A stretch of DNA of 64,000 nucleotides from NCBI GenBank assembly GCA_963825055.1, contig CAWGSK010000011.1, positions 1-64,000 of the forward strand, in the 5' to 3' direction. Numbering within the stretch: the stretch's first letter is position 1; the number at the start of each line of letters is the position of its first letter. Position numbers and translations under genes: made by a program. This document shows, piece after piece, positions 27,724 to 37,945 of this stretch. The notes below the pieces were generated by a model. The model did not search any database. It was not told the origin of the DNA and worked only from the letters and a program-made list of their open reading frames with translations. This DNA is from an uncultured Gemmatimonadales bacterium (lineage in GTDB: Bacteria > Gemmatimonadota > Gemmatimonadetes > Gemmatimonadales > GWC2-71-9).

Positions 27724-28329
27724 ATGACCTTGCTTGATTCCTGGATGCCGGTGTATGACGTGAGCGCCAGGTACTCCCTGCCGATTGCAGCCTCACAAGG
27801 CCAGGTCTACCATGCACTCCTCCAGTCCGACTTCAGTCGCCCGTTCCTCGTGCGGTCCCTGATGGGACTGCGACTCCTTCCCGGCCTGCTTCGCTCACCC
27901 AAAGCCACCTGGCGGCGACTCTCCCGCGCAGACCGCCCGACCCGGGCGTCCCTCCAGGACTTCGATCGATCCGACTTCGTTCGGCTTGAAGAGGCCGCGC
28001 CCCGGGAGATTGTTCTCGGGATTACGGGGCGCTTCTGGACGCTCTCCGCCCAGGTCACGGCCATCCCGCCGGATCGCTTCCGGGACCCGCTGCCCCCGGG
28101 CCTGGCCCAGGCAGCCTGGAACTTTGAGGTTGCGCCCACCCCCGGGGGTTCCTCGCTGGCCACGGAAACCCGCGTCCGATGCGCGGACCGGCAAACACTT
28201 CGGCAGTTCCGCCGCTATTGGTGGCTGGTCGCGCCGGGGAGCGGCCTGATCCGGCACGCCATCCTGCGTCAGGTTCGACAGGAAGCGATGATCAGCGTCG
28301 AAGGCCGGCGCCCGCGAACAGGCGCGTGA
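27724..28329 (+). CDS. hypothetical protein (DUF2867-like)
   Basis: EIVLGITGRFW, AAWNF, TETRVRC, FRRYW..GSGLIR. Confidence 0.7.
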   Translation: MTLLDSWMPVYDVSARYSLPIAASQGQVYHALLQSDFSRPFLVRSLMGLRLLPGLLRSPKATWRRLSRADRPTRASLQDFDRSDFVRLEEAAPREIVLGITGRFWTLSAQVTAIPPDRFRDPLPPGLAQAAWNFEVAPTPGGSSLATETRVRCADRQTLRQFRRYWWLVAPGSGLIRHAILRQVRQEAMISVEGRRPRTGA

Positions 28330-28403
28330 GGCCGCCCGGCATCTCCGGCCTCGACTCTTTGCAGTGGGCTCCTGACGGTGCATACTCCGTGAACGTCGGG
28401 CAA
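28313..28403 (+). repeat. attC family A remnant (right arm lost)
   Basis: CGCGAACAGGCGCGTGAGGCCGCCC..TTGCAG..GGTGCATACTC..GTCGGGCAA. Confidence 0.7.
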
Positions 28404-28498
28404 GCCTCGACGGGCCGCGGGGCGCTGGTGGCACAGGCGGACCGAAGCGTTCAGCGGCCGCACCGTGCAGGTGATGGTCACCCCGGAGGAGGCTTCCA

Positions 28499-28657
28499 AT
28501 GATCAAAGTCACCAAGAACCTCGGCATGCTGTTGCTGGCGATCTGGCTCATCATTACCGGGCTGACACCGCTGCTCCACATCAGCGTTTCGGGGCTGGGA
28601 ACGGTCATGGCCGTGCTTGCCATCGCTGCCGGGGGCCTGCTCCTGATTGGGCGCTAG
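28499..28657 (+). CDS. 52-aa hydrophobic small protein (absent from ORF track)
   Basis: GGAGGAGG RBS; MIKVTKNLGMLLLAIWLIITGLTPLLHISVSGLGTVMAVLAIAAGGLLLIGR. Confidence 0.75.
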   Translation: MIKVTKNLGMLLLAIWLIITGLTPLLHISVSGLGTVMAVLAIAAGGLLLIGR

Positions 28658-28775
28658 GCACGGTACCCGACATTTCGTTGCGGACAAAGGGTCAGTGGCA
28701 GTGTGAGCGCAGGACCTCAGCTCATCGACTGCCAGCCTGTCAGCCACTCCTGAAATACGAGAGGACCGACTCCGG

Positions 28776-29237
28776 ATGCAGGACACCAGCATGGGGTCCA
28801 CCGACATTCTCCGGGTCATTCAGGCGGCCACGGCACCCGTCGTCCTGATCTCCGGCGTAGGGTTGCTGCTGCTCACCTTGACCGCCCGGCTTGGCCGCAT
28901 CGTGGATCGCACACACCTTCTTGCCGGAGAGCGGCGTACCGCACAGCCACCGGAGATGCGGAGCATCGAAGCACAGCTCCTCATCCTCGGGCGCCGCGCG
29001 CGGCTCATTCGCCTCGCGGTGACCCTGAGTGCCCTCGCCGTGGCGATGACCGGCGTTCTCATTGCTATCCTGTTTCTAGGCCTCCTCCTTGACCTGCAGC
29101 TGGCCCTGGTGGCGGCCGCCCTGTTCGTCGGCAGTTTGCTCAGCCTGGTGGCCGCGATGCTCGTGTTCGTTCAGGAGCTTTTTCACGCCCTGACCGCCCT
29201 TGAGTTGAATGTGAGTGAGCCGCCGGCCGCTGGCTGA
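28776..29237 (+). CDS. DUF2721 family membrane protein
   Basis: APVVLISGVGLLLLTLTARLGRIVDR. Confidence 0.82.
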   Translation: MQDTSMGSTDILRVIQAATAPVVLISGVGLLLLTLTARLGRIVDRTHLLAGERRTAQPPEMRSIEAQLLILGRRARLIRLAVTLSALAVAMTGVLIAILFLGLLLDLQLALVAAALFVGSLLSLVAAMLVFVQELFHALTALELNVSEPPAAG

Positions 29238-29371
29238 CCCGGTCTTGAACTGGACGGGGGCCGCGAGCATCCGGGTTTGCGAAGATGTGGTCGCACCCCG
29301 ATGTTGTGGAAGGACGGCGCGGCCGCCCAGTGCCCATGCGGCGCCGGCCAGTTGAGGCCAGGTCGCAAGGG
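29232..29371 (+). repeat. degenerate attC-like site
   Basis: GGCTGAC overlaps the stop; GACCCGGTCTTGAACTGG pairs with CCAGTTGAGGCCAGGTC; right box decayed. Confidence 0.6.
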
Positions 29372-29420
29372 GCCGCGCATCGCGCCGCCGCTGTAACGCA
29401 CTTCGCCAGCGGGCTGGATC

Positions 29421-30242
29421 ATGGATGACGAGCAATACCTCAGTGAAGCCTACCCACCGCAGGAGATCGCGCGAAAGGTCGAGCGTATCGGCCTCGCAAA
29501 GGCGCGCACCGATACCCTCACGATGCTCGTCCTGGCAATGCTGGCCGGCGCCTTCATTTCACTTGGCGCGCTCTTCTGCACGGTGGTGGTTACCGAAAGC
29601 AGGCTCGGGTTCGGTGCCACGCGCCTGCTCGGCGGCCTGAGCTTCAGCCTCGGACTGATTCTCGTGGTGATAGCTGGTGCCGAGCTGTTCACGGGAAACA
29701 ACCTCATCGCGATGGCCTGGGCCAGCAGATTGATCGGCACCCGGGAGGTCATGCGGAACTGGCTGCTCGCCTACGTGGGCAATGTGGTCGGCTGCCTGGG
29801 AACGGTGCTGCTTGTCGTGTGGAGCGGCGTGGCGGGCCTGGGCGGTGGCGCCGTAGGTGAGATGGCGATCCAGATCGCCCGCACCAAGGCCGACCTTTCC
29901 CTCGCCGAGGCCTTCACGCGTGGCATTCTCTGCAACGCGCTCGTCTGCCTGGCCGTGTGGCTCGCCATCGGCGCGCGGAGCGTGACCGACAAGGTCCTGG
30001 CAATCCTTTTCCCCATTACCGCCTTCGTGGCCATCGGCTTCGAGCACTCGATCGCGAACTGGTTCTTTCTGCCGTTCGGATTCGCGCTGGATGGGCAAGG
30101 AGCGGTGTCGCTCGTCGGCGCTGTGAAAAACATCGTAGCGGTGAGCGCGGGCAACATGGTAGGTGGCACCCTGCTGGTCGCCGGCGTGTATTGGGTCGCC
30201 TACCTGCGAGGCGAGCGTATGCGGAACGACCTGACCCCGTGA
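29421..30242 (+). CDS. formate/nitrite transporter (FNT) family
   Basis: AELFTGN, CNALVCLA, GFEHSIAN, GNMVGG. Confidence 0.93.
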   Translation: MDDEQYLSEAYPPQEIARKVERIGLAKARTDTLTMLVLAMLAGAFISLGALFCTVVVTESRLGFGATRLLGGLSFSLGLILVVIAGAELFTGNNLIAMAWASRLIGTREVMRNWLLAYVGNVVGCLGTVLLVVWSGVAGLGGGAVGEMAIQIARTKADLSLAEAFTRGILCNALVCLAVWLAIGARSVTDKVLAILFPITAFVAIGFEHSIANWFFLPFGFALDGQGAVSLVGAVKNIVAVSAGNMVGGTLLVAGVYWVAYLRGERMRNDLTP

Positions 30243-30278
30243 ACCTCCGCCTGGCTCCTGGGAGCCATCGGACACATT

Positions 30279-30833
30279 GTGAGCAACTGCTACGTGGTTG
30301 ACCTGGATGACCTGATCCTGTCGGTGTCCGACGGATGGTTGTCCTTTGCCCGGGAGAACGGCGCCTCGCACCTGACTCGGGACAGGGTGCTCAGGTCCTC
30401 GTTATGGGACTTCATCTCGGGGGCGGAGACGCAACACCTCTACGGCACCATGTTCGCCACCGTTCGCAAGCGCGGGCTCCCCATCGCGGTACCCTTCCGC
30501 TGTGATGCCCCCGATCAGCGCCGCTTCATGCGCCTCACGATCCAGCCTGTGCACGGGGCATCCCTGGAACTCACGGCAGCACTGATCCGCGCAGAGTCGC
30601 GCCGTCGCGTCGAGATGCTCGATCCCGGCGCCAGGCGCTCTGACGAACTCATCACGATGTGCAGCTGGTGCAAGCGCATCCTCGTCAACGGTCCGGGCTG
30701 GGGCGAGATCGAGGAGGCCATCGAACACCTTGCCCTCTTCGACGGAGCACCTCTGCCCGGGATCACCCACGGGGTCTGTCCGGATTGCCTGGTGGTGCTG
30801 GAGCGGGCGATGTCGACCGACTCCGGTTCCTGA
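30279..30833 (+). CDS. PAS-like domain protein with C-terminal CxxC..HGxCPxC motif
   Basis: W..FARENG, PFRCDAP, CSWCKR..THGVCPDC. Confidence 0.75.
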   Translation: MSNCYVVDLDDLILSVSDGWLSFARENGASHLTRDRVLRSSLWDFISGAETQHLYGTMFATVRKRGLPIAVPFRCDAPDQRRFMRLTIQPVHGASLELTAALIRAESRRRVEMLDPGARRSDELITMCSWCKRILVNGPGWGEIEEAIEHLALFDGAPLPGITHGVCPDCLVVLERAMSTDSGS

Positions 30834-30919
30834 CAAGGCGTTCCTGCGGACGCCGTCAGGGTTGAGGGCCCCGGGTCATGGGCCCCTGGGGGCGCGGCCG
30901 ATCCGCACGCCGTGCAGGC
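30828..30919 (+). repeat. possible degenerate attC
   Basis: TCCTGAC-aaggcgttcctgcggacg overlaps the stop; weak right arm. Confidence 0.35.
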
Positions 30920-30956
30920 GCGTCGTGCGACCGGTCCCGACCGGCTAGCTTGTATC

Positions 30957-32489
30957 ATGACCAGTGACCACCACGAAGACGCGCGGTATCGCCGACTCGT
31001 CGAGCATTCGACGGAGGCGGCGTACGTCGTGCGCGACGGTCGCATCGTCTACCTGAACCCGGCGGCGGTGCTCCTCTTCGGCGCGCCGTCGGCAGACGCG
31101 CTGCTCGGGACTGACGTCCTCGACCGCATCCATCCCGATGATCACGAACTTGCCCTCACACGGCGAAGGCAGGCACTGGAGCACAGCGCCCCGGTGCCGC
31201 TCGTCGAGATGCGGTTCATCGCCCTCGATGGCCGCCTCTTCGAGGTCGAAGTGCAGGCGACGGGGATCGACTTCGGCGGTCCGGCGACTTACGCGGCAGC
31301 ACGCGACATCTCCGCCCGCCGGCTCCTCGAGGCGCAGGTGCGCCAGGCGCAGACGCTCGAAGCGATCGGCCAGCTGGCGGGAGGTGTCGCGCACGACTTC
31401 AACAACGCCCTGGCGATCATCCTCGGGCACGCCGAGTTCGCCCTGCTCAACGTCGGCGCTGACGCCCCGATGCGTGTGGACCTCGAGGAGATCCTGCGCG
31501 CGGCGCAGCACTCCGCAGCCCTCACCCGCCAGCTCCTCACCTACGCCCGCCGGCAGGAGAACGCCCCGCGCGCGCTCGACCTCAACGCAGCCGTCGCCAG
31601 GGCCCTGCCGATGCTGCGCCCGCTCATCGGCAGGCATGTCCGGCTCGAGGCAGTCCAGGGGCCGGGCCTCTGGTCGGTGAGGCTCGATCCGACCCAGCTC
31701 GACCAGATCCTCACGAACCTCTGCGCCAACGCACGCGACGCGATCGATGGCCACGGCACCATCACGATCGCCACGGCGAACTGCACGGTCGATGAGGCCA
31801 TCGCGCTGACGATCCCCGAAGCCGCGCCCGGCGAGTATGTGATGCTCACCGTGAGCGATGACGGCTGCGGCATGCCGCCCGAGGTGCTCGCGAAGGTGTT
31901 CGAGCCCTTCTTCACGACGAAGGGCATCGGAGAGGGGAGCGGACTCGGACTCGCCACGGTCTACGGGATCGTGAAGCAGAACCAGGGGGCGCTCACCGTG
32001 GAGAGTGCGCCCGGCCGTGGCACCACGTTCTCGCTCCTCTTCCCGCGCCACGCCGCCGAGGGGGAGCACGTCGCGCCCGCGGACGGGGAGTTCACGGTGC
32101 CGCACGGGCGCGAAACGGTCCTGGTCGTCGAGGACGAGCCGGCCATCCTGCGGCTGACCGCACGCACGCTCCGCGCGAGCGGCTACCAGGTCCTTCCGGC
32201 CGGCACGCCTGACGCCGCGTTGCGGATCGCCACGGTGCATCCCGGGCAGATCGACCTCCTCCTCACCGACGTGATGATGCCGATGATGACAGGCCCCGAC
32301 CTCGCGCGCTCGGTCATCGCCATCCGGCCCGACATCCGGGTCATCTTCATGTCAGGCTACAGCGCCGACCACATCGCGCCCGGAGGCAGGCTCGATCCGG
32401 AGACGACCTTCATCGGCAAGCCCTTCACCCGCGAGGAGATCGCCGCTCGCGTGCGGGGGGTGCTGGACGCTCCCCGCCGCGGGAGCTAG
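30957..32489 (+). CDS. PAS hybrid sensor histidine kinase/response regulator
   Basis: GGVAHDFNN, NARDA, FEPFFTTK, GLGL and a receiver domain (VVEDE, LLTDVMMP, KPF). Confidence 0.93.
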   Translation: MTSDHHEDARYRRLVEHSTEAAYVVRDGRIVYLNPAAVLLFGAPSADALLGTDVLDRIHPDDHELALTRRRQALEHSAPVPLVEMRFIALDGRLFEVEVQATGIDFGGPATYAAARDISARRLLEAQVRQAQTLEAIGQLAGGVAHDFNNALAIILGHAEFALLNVGADAPMRVDLEEILRAAQHSAALTRQLLTYARRQENAPRALDLNAAVARALPMLRPLIGRHVRLEAVQGPGLWSVRLDPTQLDQILTNLCANARDAIDGHGTITIATANCTVDEAIALTIPEAAPGEYVMLTVSDDGCGMPPEVLAKVFEPFFTTKGIGEGSGLGLATVYGIVKQNQGALTVESAPGRGTTFSLLFPRHAAEGEHVAPADGEFTVPHGRETVLVVEDEPAILRLTARTLRASGYQVLPAGTPDAALRIATVHPGQIDLLLTDVMMPMMTGPDLARSVIAIRPDIRVIFMSGYSADHIAPGGRLDPETTFIGKPFTREEIAARVRGVLDAPRRGS

Positions 32490-32642
32490 GGGCTGTCAGG
32501 AGACGAGCGACAGCCTCGCGTTCGACTGCGCGAGGGGCTTTTCCGGTCGAGCATGCGTCCGCGGAGCCTTCGCATTGACTAGATTGCAGAACCAGCCACT
32601 TGCCCTGAGCGGCCTGGTCCGACCTTCATTGATGAGGGGCGC

Positions 32643-32960
32643 ATGCTCATTCAGCTCAATACGGACGCCAATATCGAGGGCACCGAGGCGCTGGCCCAGC
32701 AGGTAGAGGCCGCCATCCAGGGAGCCTTGCAGCACCTCAGCCAGCACATCACACGGGTCGAAGTGCATCTCTCCGACGCGAACAGTGACGCGAAGCGCGG
32801 CCCTGCGGATATCCGCTGCCTGCTGGAAGCCCGCCCGACCGGCCACCACCCGGTCGCGGTAAGCCATCAAGCCGCGACACTCAGTGAGGCCGTGGACGGC
32901 GCCGCGGGCAAATTGAAGCGTGCCCTGGAGAGTCTCCTCGGCCGGCTGGCTGGCCGCTAG
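32643..32960 (+). CDS. HPF/RaiA family ribosome-associated protein
   Basis: MLIQLNTD..ITRVEVHLSD..DIRCLLEAR. Confidence 0.85.
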   Translation: MLIQLNTDANIEGTEALAQQVEAAIQGALQHLSQHITRVEVHLSDANSDAKRGPADIRCLLEARPTGHHPVAVSHQAATLSEAVDGAAGKLKRALESLLGRLAGR

Positions 32961-33115
32961 TTGCCCCCTCGGCGCAATCACCCCGTGGTCGTGCCGTACC
33001 CATCACAGCCCCCCCGGATCGTGAGCGTCGTGGAAGCCCCGGCGGGGTGTGCCGGGCAGGAATAAGCGTCTTCCCTCGAGCCGTTAGCCAACAGCCCTCC
33101 GTCATGTGGGTGAAC

Positions 33116-33640
33116 ATGCCGGTACCGGACATTGTCGTGGTGACGGGAGCTTCGGGAGCCGGAAAGACCACTCTGGTTCAGGAACTCGATCGGCGTGCCC
33201 TGGCTGGGGTGCGGTGTTACTACTTTGACTCCATTGGTGTGCCCTCCCCCGAGACCATGGTAGCTCAGTTCGGCTCGCCAAGCGCCTGGCAGGAGGCGAT
33301 GACGCGCCAGTGGATCTCGCGATTGCTGGCGAACACCGATCACGCACGGATTGCGGTTCTCGACGGCCAGGTGCGCCCATCGGTGGTCCGATCGACATTT
33401 GAGGAGGCCGGGGTAGTCCGGGGGCGGATTGTCCTGGTCGATTGTGGCCATGACGTCCGCGAGGCACGTTTGAATGGCGCCAGGAATCAACCTGCACTCG
33501 CCTCACGGGACATGGCGGCCTGGGCCGCGTATCTGCGGGGGCAGGCGGATGCCCTGGCGTTACCGATCGTGGACACGACCACCGCGAGCATCGCCGGGGC
33601 CACAGACGCCCTCAGTCACTGGGTCATGGCTGCGGACTGA
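33116..33640 (+). CDS. P-loop NTPase/kinase-like protein
   Basis: GASGAGKT Walker A; VLDGQ. Confidence 0.75.
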   Translation: MPVPDIVVVTGASGAGKTTLVQELDRRALAGVRCYYFDSIGVPSPETMVAQFGSPSAWQEAMTRQWISRLLANTDHARIAVLDGQVRPSVVRSTFEEAGVVRGRIVLVDCGHDVREARLNGARNQPALASRDMAAWAAYLRGQADALALPIVDTTTASIAGATDALSHWVMAAD

Positions 33641-33729
33641 CACGCGCCAGGAGCTGCATTCGGCTGGGCGTACCAGGCTATCCGGGCACAGCCCGAAGCG
33701 GATTGCAGCTCAAGCGCAAACCGCTGGCC
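33635..33729 (+). repeat. attC-like site
   Basis: GACTGAC overlaps the stop; GCGCCAGGAGCTGCA pairs with TGCAGCTCAAGCGC; ends GCTGGCC. Confidence 0.65.
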
Positions 33730-33792
33730 AGCCGCGAACAGCGTCCGCCCGGCAACCACCCTTGAGTCGCCAACCACAACAGGAGCGCCCGG

Positions 33793-34419
33793 ATGGAGTT
33801 CAGGAATGTCATCCGCACCGAGGAAGAGCTGCGCACCCTGATGGGCGGGCCGGTCGCTCCGCCGGTCGTCGACAAGACCCTGGCCGCGCTCGACCGGCAT
33901 TGCATGACGTTCATCGCCCGTTCGCCGTTCGTGCTCCTGGCAACGAGCGACCGGGAGGGCCGGATGGACATCTCCCCCAAGGGGGATGCGCCCGGTTTCG
34001 TACGGGTGCTGGACGAGAGAACGCTGGTGATTCCGGACCGGCCGGGCAACCAGCGGTTCGACACATTCCGGAACCTGTTCCAGTCACCCCGGATCGGCCT
34101 CATCTTCCTGATCCCCGGCAAGCGGGAGACCCTGCGCATCGGCGGGAGGGCCGAGATCGTGCGGGACGCGGACCTGCTCGACACCTTGAGCGCGCGGGGC
34201 AAGGTGCCCGCGCTGGCGATCGCGGTGCAGGTTGACGAGGCCTTCTTCCACTGCTCCAAATGCATGATCCGCTCGAATCTCTGGGAGAGCGGCAAGTGGC
34301 CGTCCCTTGACGGCCTGCCGACTCTGGCGCAGACCATGAAGGACGCGGCCGCCATCCCGGCCCCCGTCGAGGATGTCGAAGGGTTGATCAGGGACGACGA
34401 GCTGCACCGCCTGTATTGA
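33793..34419 (+). CDS. pyridoxamine 5'-phosphate oxidase-like FMN-binding protein
   Basis: DISPKGDAPGF, IPDRPGN, FFHCSKCMIRSNLW. Confidence 0.9.
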   Translation: MEFRNVIRTEEELRTLMGGPVAPPVVDKTLAALDRHCMTFIARSPFVLLATSDREGRMDISPKGDAPGFVRVLDERTLVIPDRPGNQRFDTFRNLFQSPRIGLIFLIPGKRETLRIGGRAEIVRDADLLDTLSARGKVPALAIAVQVDEAFFHCSKCMIRSNLWESGKWPSLDGLPTLAQTMKDAAAIPAPVEDVEGLIRDDELHRLY

Positions 34420-34507
34420 CCCCGGCCGGCCTGTCTCGCCCCATGGACATACTGCAGTGTGCAAGCCCTCCCGCTCCACGGCCATTCCCATTCAAGGCTG
34501 GTCATCG

Positions 34508-35731
34508 ATGAGGACCCCCCTTTCACTCGCCGCACTCCTCTGTCTCGCGTCGACCGCGTTCGCGCAGCGCCCGACCTCCGTCGATCTTGGTCTCCCGGCC
34601 ACATGGACCCGCGGCACGTCCAACGCCATCACCGATGTGGCCGGGGTCGAGGTCGGATATACGACGCTCATTTCGGGCTCCGGGCCGCTTCGGGTGGGCG
34701 AAGGCCCCGTCCGTACGGGCGTCACCGTGCTGTTTCCCCGGGGCCGGGAGGCGGGCGATACCGTCTTCGCGGGCTGGTTCTCGCTGAACGGCAACGGCGA
34801 GATGACCGGGACGACCTGGATCGAGCAGTCGGGGCGCATGGAGAGCCCGCTCGCCATCACCAACACGCACAGCGTGGGCGTCGTGCGGGATGCCATCATC
34901 CAGTGGATGGCAGGACATCGCCCGCACTTTCTCTGGGCCCTGCCCGTCGTCGCCGAGACGTTTGACGGCACGCTCAATGACATCAACGGCATGCATGTGA
35001 CGCCCGGGGACGTGCTCGCCGCGCTCGACAGCGCCCACGGCGGCCGGATCGCCCAGGGAAATGTGGGGGGCGGCACCGGCATGATTTGCTTTGGTCTCAA
35101 GGGTGGGACGGGCACGGCATCCCGCGTCCTGCCCGCGGCGGTTGGCGGATACACGGTGGGTGTGCTGGTGCAGTGCAACTTCGGGAACCGGCCCCGCTTC
35201 TCGCCCCTGGGCGTGCCGGTGGGGCGCGAGCTGCCCGACGCGCTCCGCCCCTGCCGTGCCCCGGAGGTCCAGCCCGCGCGCGAGGAGTTCCGCAACGTGC
35301 CCACCTGCGGTTCGACGCAGGGAGAGGCCGACGCCCCCGGGCAGCCGGAAGGCGCCGGGTCCATCATTATCGTCATCGCGACCGATACCCCCCTGCTGCC
35401 CCATCAGCTGAAGCGCCTGGCGACCCGGGCCTCCCTGGCGGTGGGCCGGATGGGTGGCCTGGGCGAAACGTCCTCCGGTGACATCTTCCTCGCGTTCTCC
35501 ACGGCGAACCGGGCCGCTCTGGCAAGTAACGAGAACGCGGTGAGCTACGAAGCCATCTCGGACGAGATCCTGAATCCGCTCTACTCGGCCACAGTGGAAG
35601 CGACCGAAGAGGCGATCCTGAACGCAATGCTCGCCGCGGAAACGATGACCGGCGCCGACGGGTTCCGGGTGTACGCCCTGCCGGCGGACTTCCTGCTCGC
35701 GGCACTACGCAAGTACGGTCGCATGCCATAG
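34508..35731 (+). CDS. DmpA/P1 (S58) aminopeptidase, secreted
   Basis: NAITDVAGV, NGNGEMTG, GGGTGM, GSII, SGDIF. Confidence 0.92.
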   Translation: MRTPLSLAALLCLASTAFAQRPTSVDLGLPATWTRGTSNAITDVAGVEVGYTTLISGSGPLRVGEGPVRTGVTVLFPRGREAGDTVFAGWFSLNGNGEMTGTTWIEQSGRMESPLAITNTHSVGVVRDAIIQWMAGHRPHFLWALPVVAETFDGTLNDINGMHVTPGDVLAALDSAHGGRIAQGNVGGGTGMICFGLKGGTGTASRVLPAAVGGYTVGVLVQCNFGNRPRFSPLGVPVGRELPDALRPCRAPEVQPAREEFRNVPTCGSTQGEADAPGQPEGAGSIIIVIATDTPLLPHQLKRLATRASLAVGRMGGLGETSSGDIFLAFSTANRAALASNENAVSYEAISDEILNPLYSATVEATEEAILNAMLAAETMTGADGFRVYALPADFLLAALRKYGRMP

Positions 35732-36098
35732 CCCGGTCCCGGCCCGGTTGCTCCCGGCCCCCAACGACCGGAAAGACGTGCATTGGCACCGCATACGGCC
35801 CGACCGGTCGTCAGGCAGTCACTCTCAGCGGGGGTGCGTCAAGAGCTGATTCAGCGGTCAGCGGTGCAACGTGGTATATTGGATTGTGTCCATAGTTCTC
35901 TACTATGGATGGCGGGTCATCTTCCCCCGGATGGGCCGCAATCTCCGGTGGCATGCGCCGATCCGGATGTTTAGTGCCCCGGCGCCCATGTCCCGGGGGA
36001 CCGGACCAAATGTCGGATTTTCACCCGTCGGATTCCCACCGCAACGTCCGTGGCGCCACCACGTCCTGCTGTGAGCTGGGCTCAGCCGGTTCCGGACC

Positions 36099-37589
36099 AT
36101 GAGCCCGTCCCTGGCGATCCCCGGCCCCTTGATCGAGTCGCCCTCCAGCCCCAATCGTGGCCTGCGCAAGGCCCCCACAGGAATCTCGGGGCTCGATCAG
36201 GTCACGAGAGGGGGGCTCCCTCAAGGTCGCCCCACGCTGGTCTGCGGCGGCCCCGGCTGCGGCAAGACGGCGCTGGCCATGGAATTCGTCTGTCGCGGCG
36301 CCGTCGAGTTCGGGGAGCCCGGTACGTTCGTGTCGTTCGAGGAGAGCTGCACGGACATCGAAAAGAACTTCGCGTCCACCTCGTTCGGGATGAGCGAAGC
36401 GCTTGCCCGGGGTACGCTCCATCTCGAATCCGTGCTGATCTCCCGCGAACAGAGCATCGAGACCGGGGACTTCACACTGGACGGCCTCCTGGCCCGGCTG
36501 GAGTGGTGGGTCGCGAGGAATGACACGCGTCGGCTCGTGCTGGACAGCATCGACGCCCTCTTCGCCCGTTTCTCGGACAGCGCGAGCCTCCGCTTCGAAA
36601 TTTCCCGCCTCTTCTCCTGGATCAGGGAGCGGGGGATCACCGCGATCATCACGGCCGAGCGCGGCCAGGGGGAGCTCACCCGTCGCGGGCTGGAAGAGTA
36701 CGCGTCCGACTGCGTGATCCTCCTGGACCATCGTATCAGCGAGCAGATCTCGAAGCGTCGCATCCGCATCGTCAAGTATCGCGGCACCGGACACGGTGCC
36801 GACGAGTATCCGTTCCTCATCAGCGCCACGGGCATTTCCGTACTCCCCGTCACGGCCCTGGGCCTGGAGAGCGTCGCTCCCACCAGCTTCATGCCGACTG
36901 GTATCCAGGGGCTGGACGACATGCTCGCCGGGTGCGGGCTCTACCGGGGCAGCACCGTGCTGATCTCGGGTTCCGCCGGCACCGGCAAAAGCACCCTGGG
37001 CGCCCGGTTCGCGGAGCACGTCAGTGAGAGCGGTGGACGCGCCCTGATCATCGCCTTCGAAGAGTCGGCCAGCCAGGTCGTACGCAACATGCGCTCCGTC
37101 GGAATCGACCTCGAGAAGCACGTGCAGAGTGGGGCCCTGGCCATCGAGGCGATGCGGCCCAGCGCCTTCGGCCTCGAAGAGCACTTGATCCGGGTCCACA
37201 TGCTGGTGGATGCTTTCCGCCCGGACGCGGTGATCCTGGATCCCATCACCAGCTTCACGTCCATCGGGGGCCGGACGGAGGTCAAGGCCATGATCATCCG
37301 GCTCCTGGATCACCTGAAGGGGCTGGGGATCACCATCGTCATGCCCAGCCTGACTTCGGGCGGCAATTCGGACGAAGAGACGGACACCGAAGTGTCCTCG
37401 ATCGTGGATGCGTGGATCATTGTCCAGTACGTCCGTGAGCGGGGGACACGCCGGCGCCAGATCTATGTGCACAAGGCCAGGGGCATCGGTCACTCGCAGG
37501 CTGTTGGTGAGTTGCGGTTCTCCCCGTCGGGCATCTCGGTCACGCCGCTCGCCCCGGGCCATGACACGGTGGGAGGCGATCATGCGTGA
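36099..37589 (+). CDS. kaiC: KaiC family ATPase
   Basis: Two RecA-like domains (GGPGCGKT, GSAGTGKST), FEE motifs, EEYASDC and VSSIVD at the phosphosite position. Confidence 0.92.
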   Translation: MSPSLAIPGPLIESPSSPNRGLRKAPTGISGLDQVTRGGLPQGRPTLVCGGPGCGKTALAMEFVCRGAVEFGEPGTFVSFEESCTDIEKNFASTSFGMSEALARGTLHLESVLISREQSIETGDFTLDGLLARLEWWVARNDTRRLVLDSIDALFARFSDSASLRFEISRLFSWIRERGITAIITAERGQGELTRRGLEEYASDCVILLDHRISEQISKRRIRIVKYRGTGHGADEYPFLISATGISVLPVTALGLESVAPTSFMPTGIQGLDDMLAGCGLYRGSTVLISGSAGTGKSTLGARFAEHVSESGGRALIIAFEESASQVVRNMRSVGIDLEKHVQSGALAIEAMRPSAFGLEEHLIRVHMLVDAFRPDAVILDPITSFTSIGGRTEVKAMIIRLLDHLKGLGITIVMPSLTSGGNSDEETDTEVSSIVDAWIIVQYVRERGTRRRQIYVHKARGIGHSQAVGELRFSPSGISVTPLAPGHDTVGGDHA

Positions 37590-37944
37590 CGGGATCCCGC
37601 ATGAGGCAATCGCGTCCGGGACGCGGCAGCGCCCTCAACGGGGTCCGGTCGGCGACGTGGCGGCGATGTGGGAGTTGCGTCTTTTCGTGGCGGGCAGCGG
37701 CGCGGAAGTGCGACGGGTCCATGAGGCCCTGGGAAGCATATGCCGGGAGCACCTCCCGGGCCGGCACCGCATCGCGCTGGTCGATATCCTTCAGGAGCCT
37801 GAACAGGCCGATGCCTTCGACATCGTCGCGGTCCCGACGCTCATTCGGCAGTCGCCGCTCCCGGTGCGCCGGGTCATCGGCGACCTCTCGCTGATCCGGA
37901 AGGTCGTGCTCGGGCTCGGCATTCCTGTTCGGCAGGAGCCGTGA
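37582..37944 (+). CDS. kaiB: KaiB family protein
   Basis: LRLFVAG..ICREHL..VDI..PTL..PLPVRRVIGDLS. Confidence 0.9.
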   Translation: MRDGIPHEAIASGTRQRPQRGPVGDVAAMWELRLFVAGSGAEVRRVHEALGSICREHLPGRHRIALVDILQEPEQADAFDIVAVPTLIRQSPLPVRRVIGDLSLIRKVVLGLGIPVRQEP

Positions 37945-37945
37945 T

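Noticed and set aside
32960..33090. Possible attC ending at GTTAGCC (33083)
   Set aside because: The right box loosely matches the next left box, but no left arm was found.
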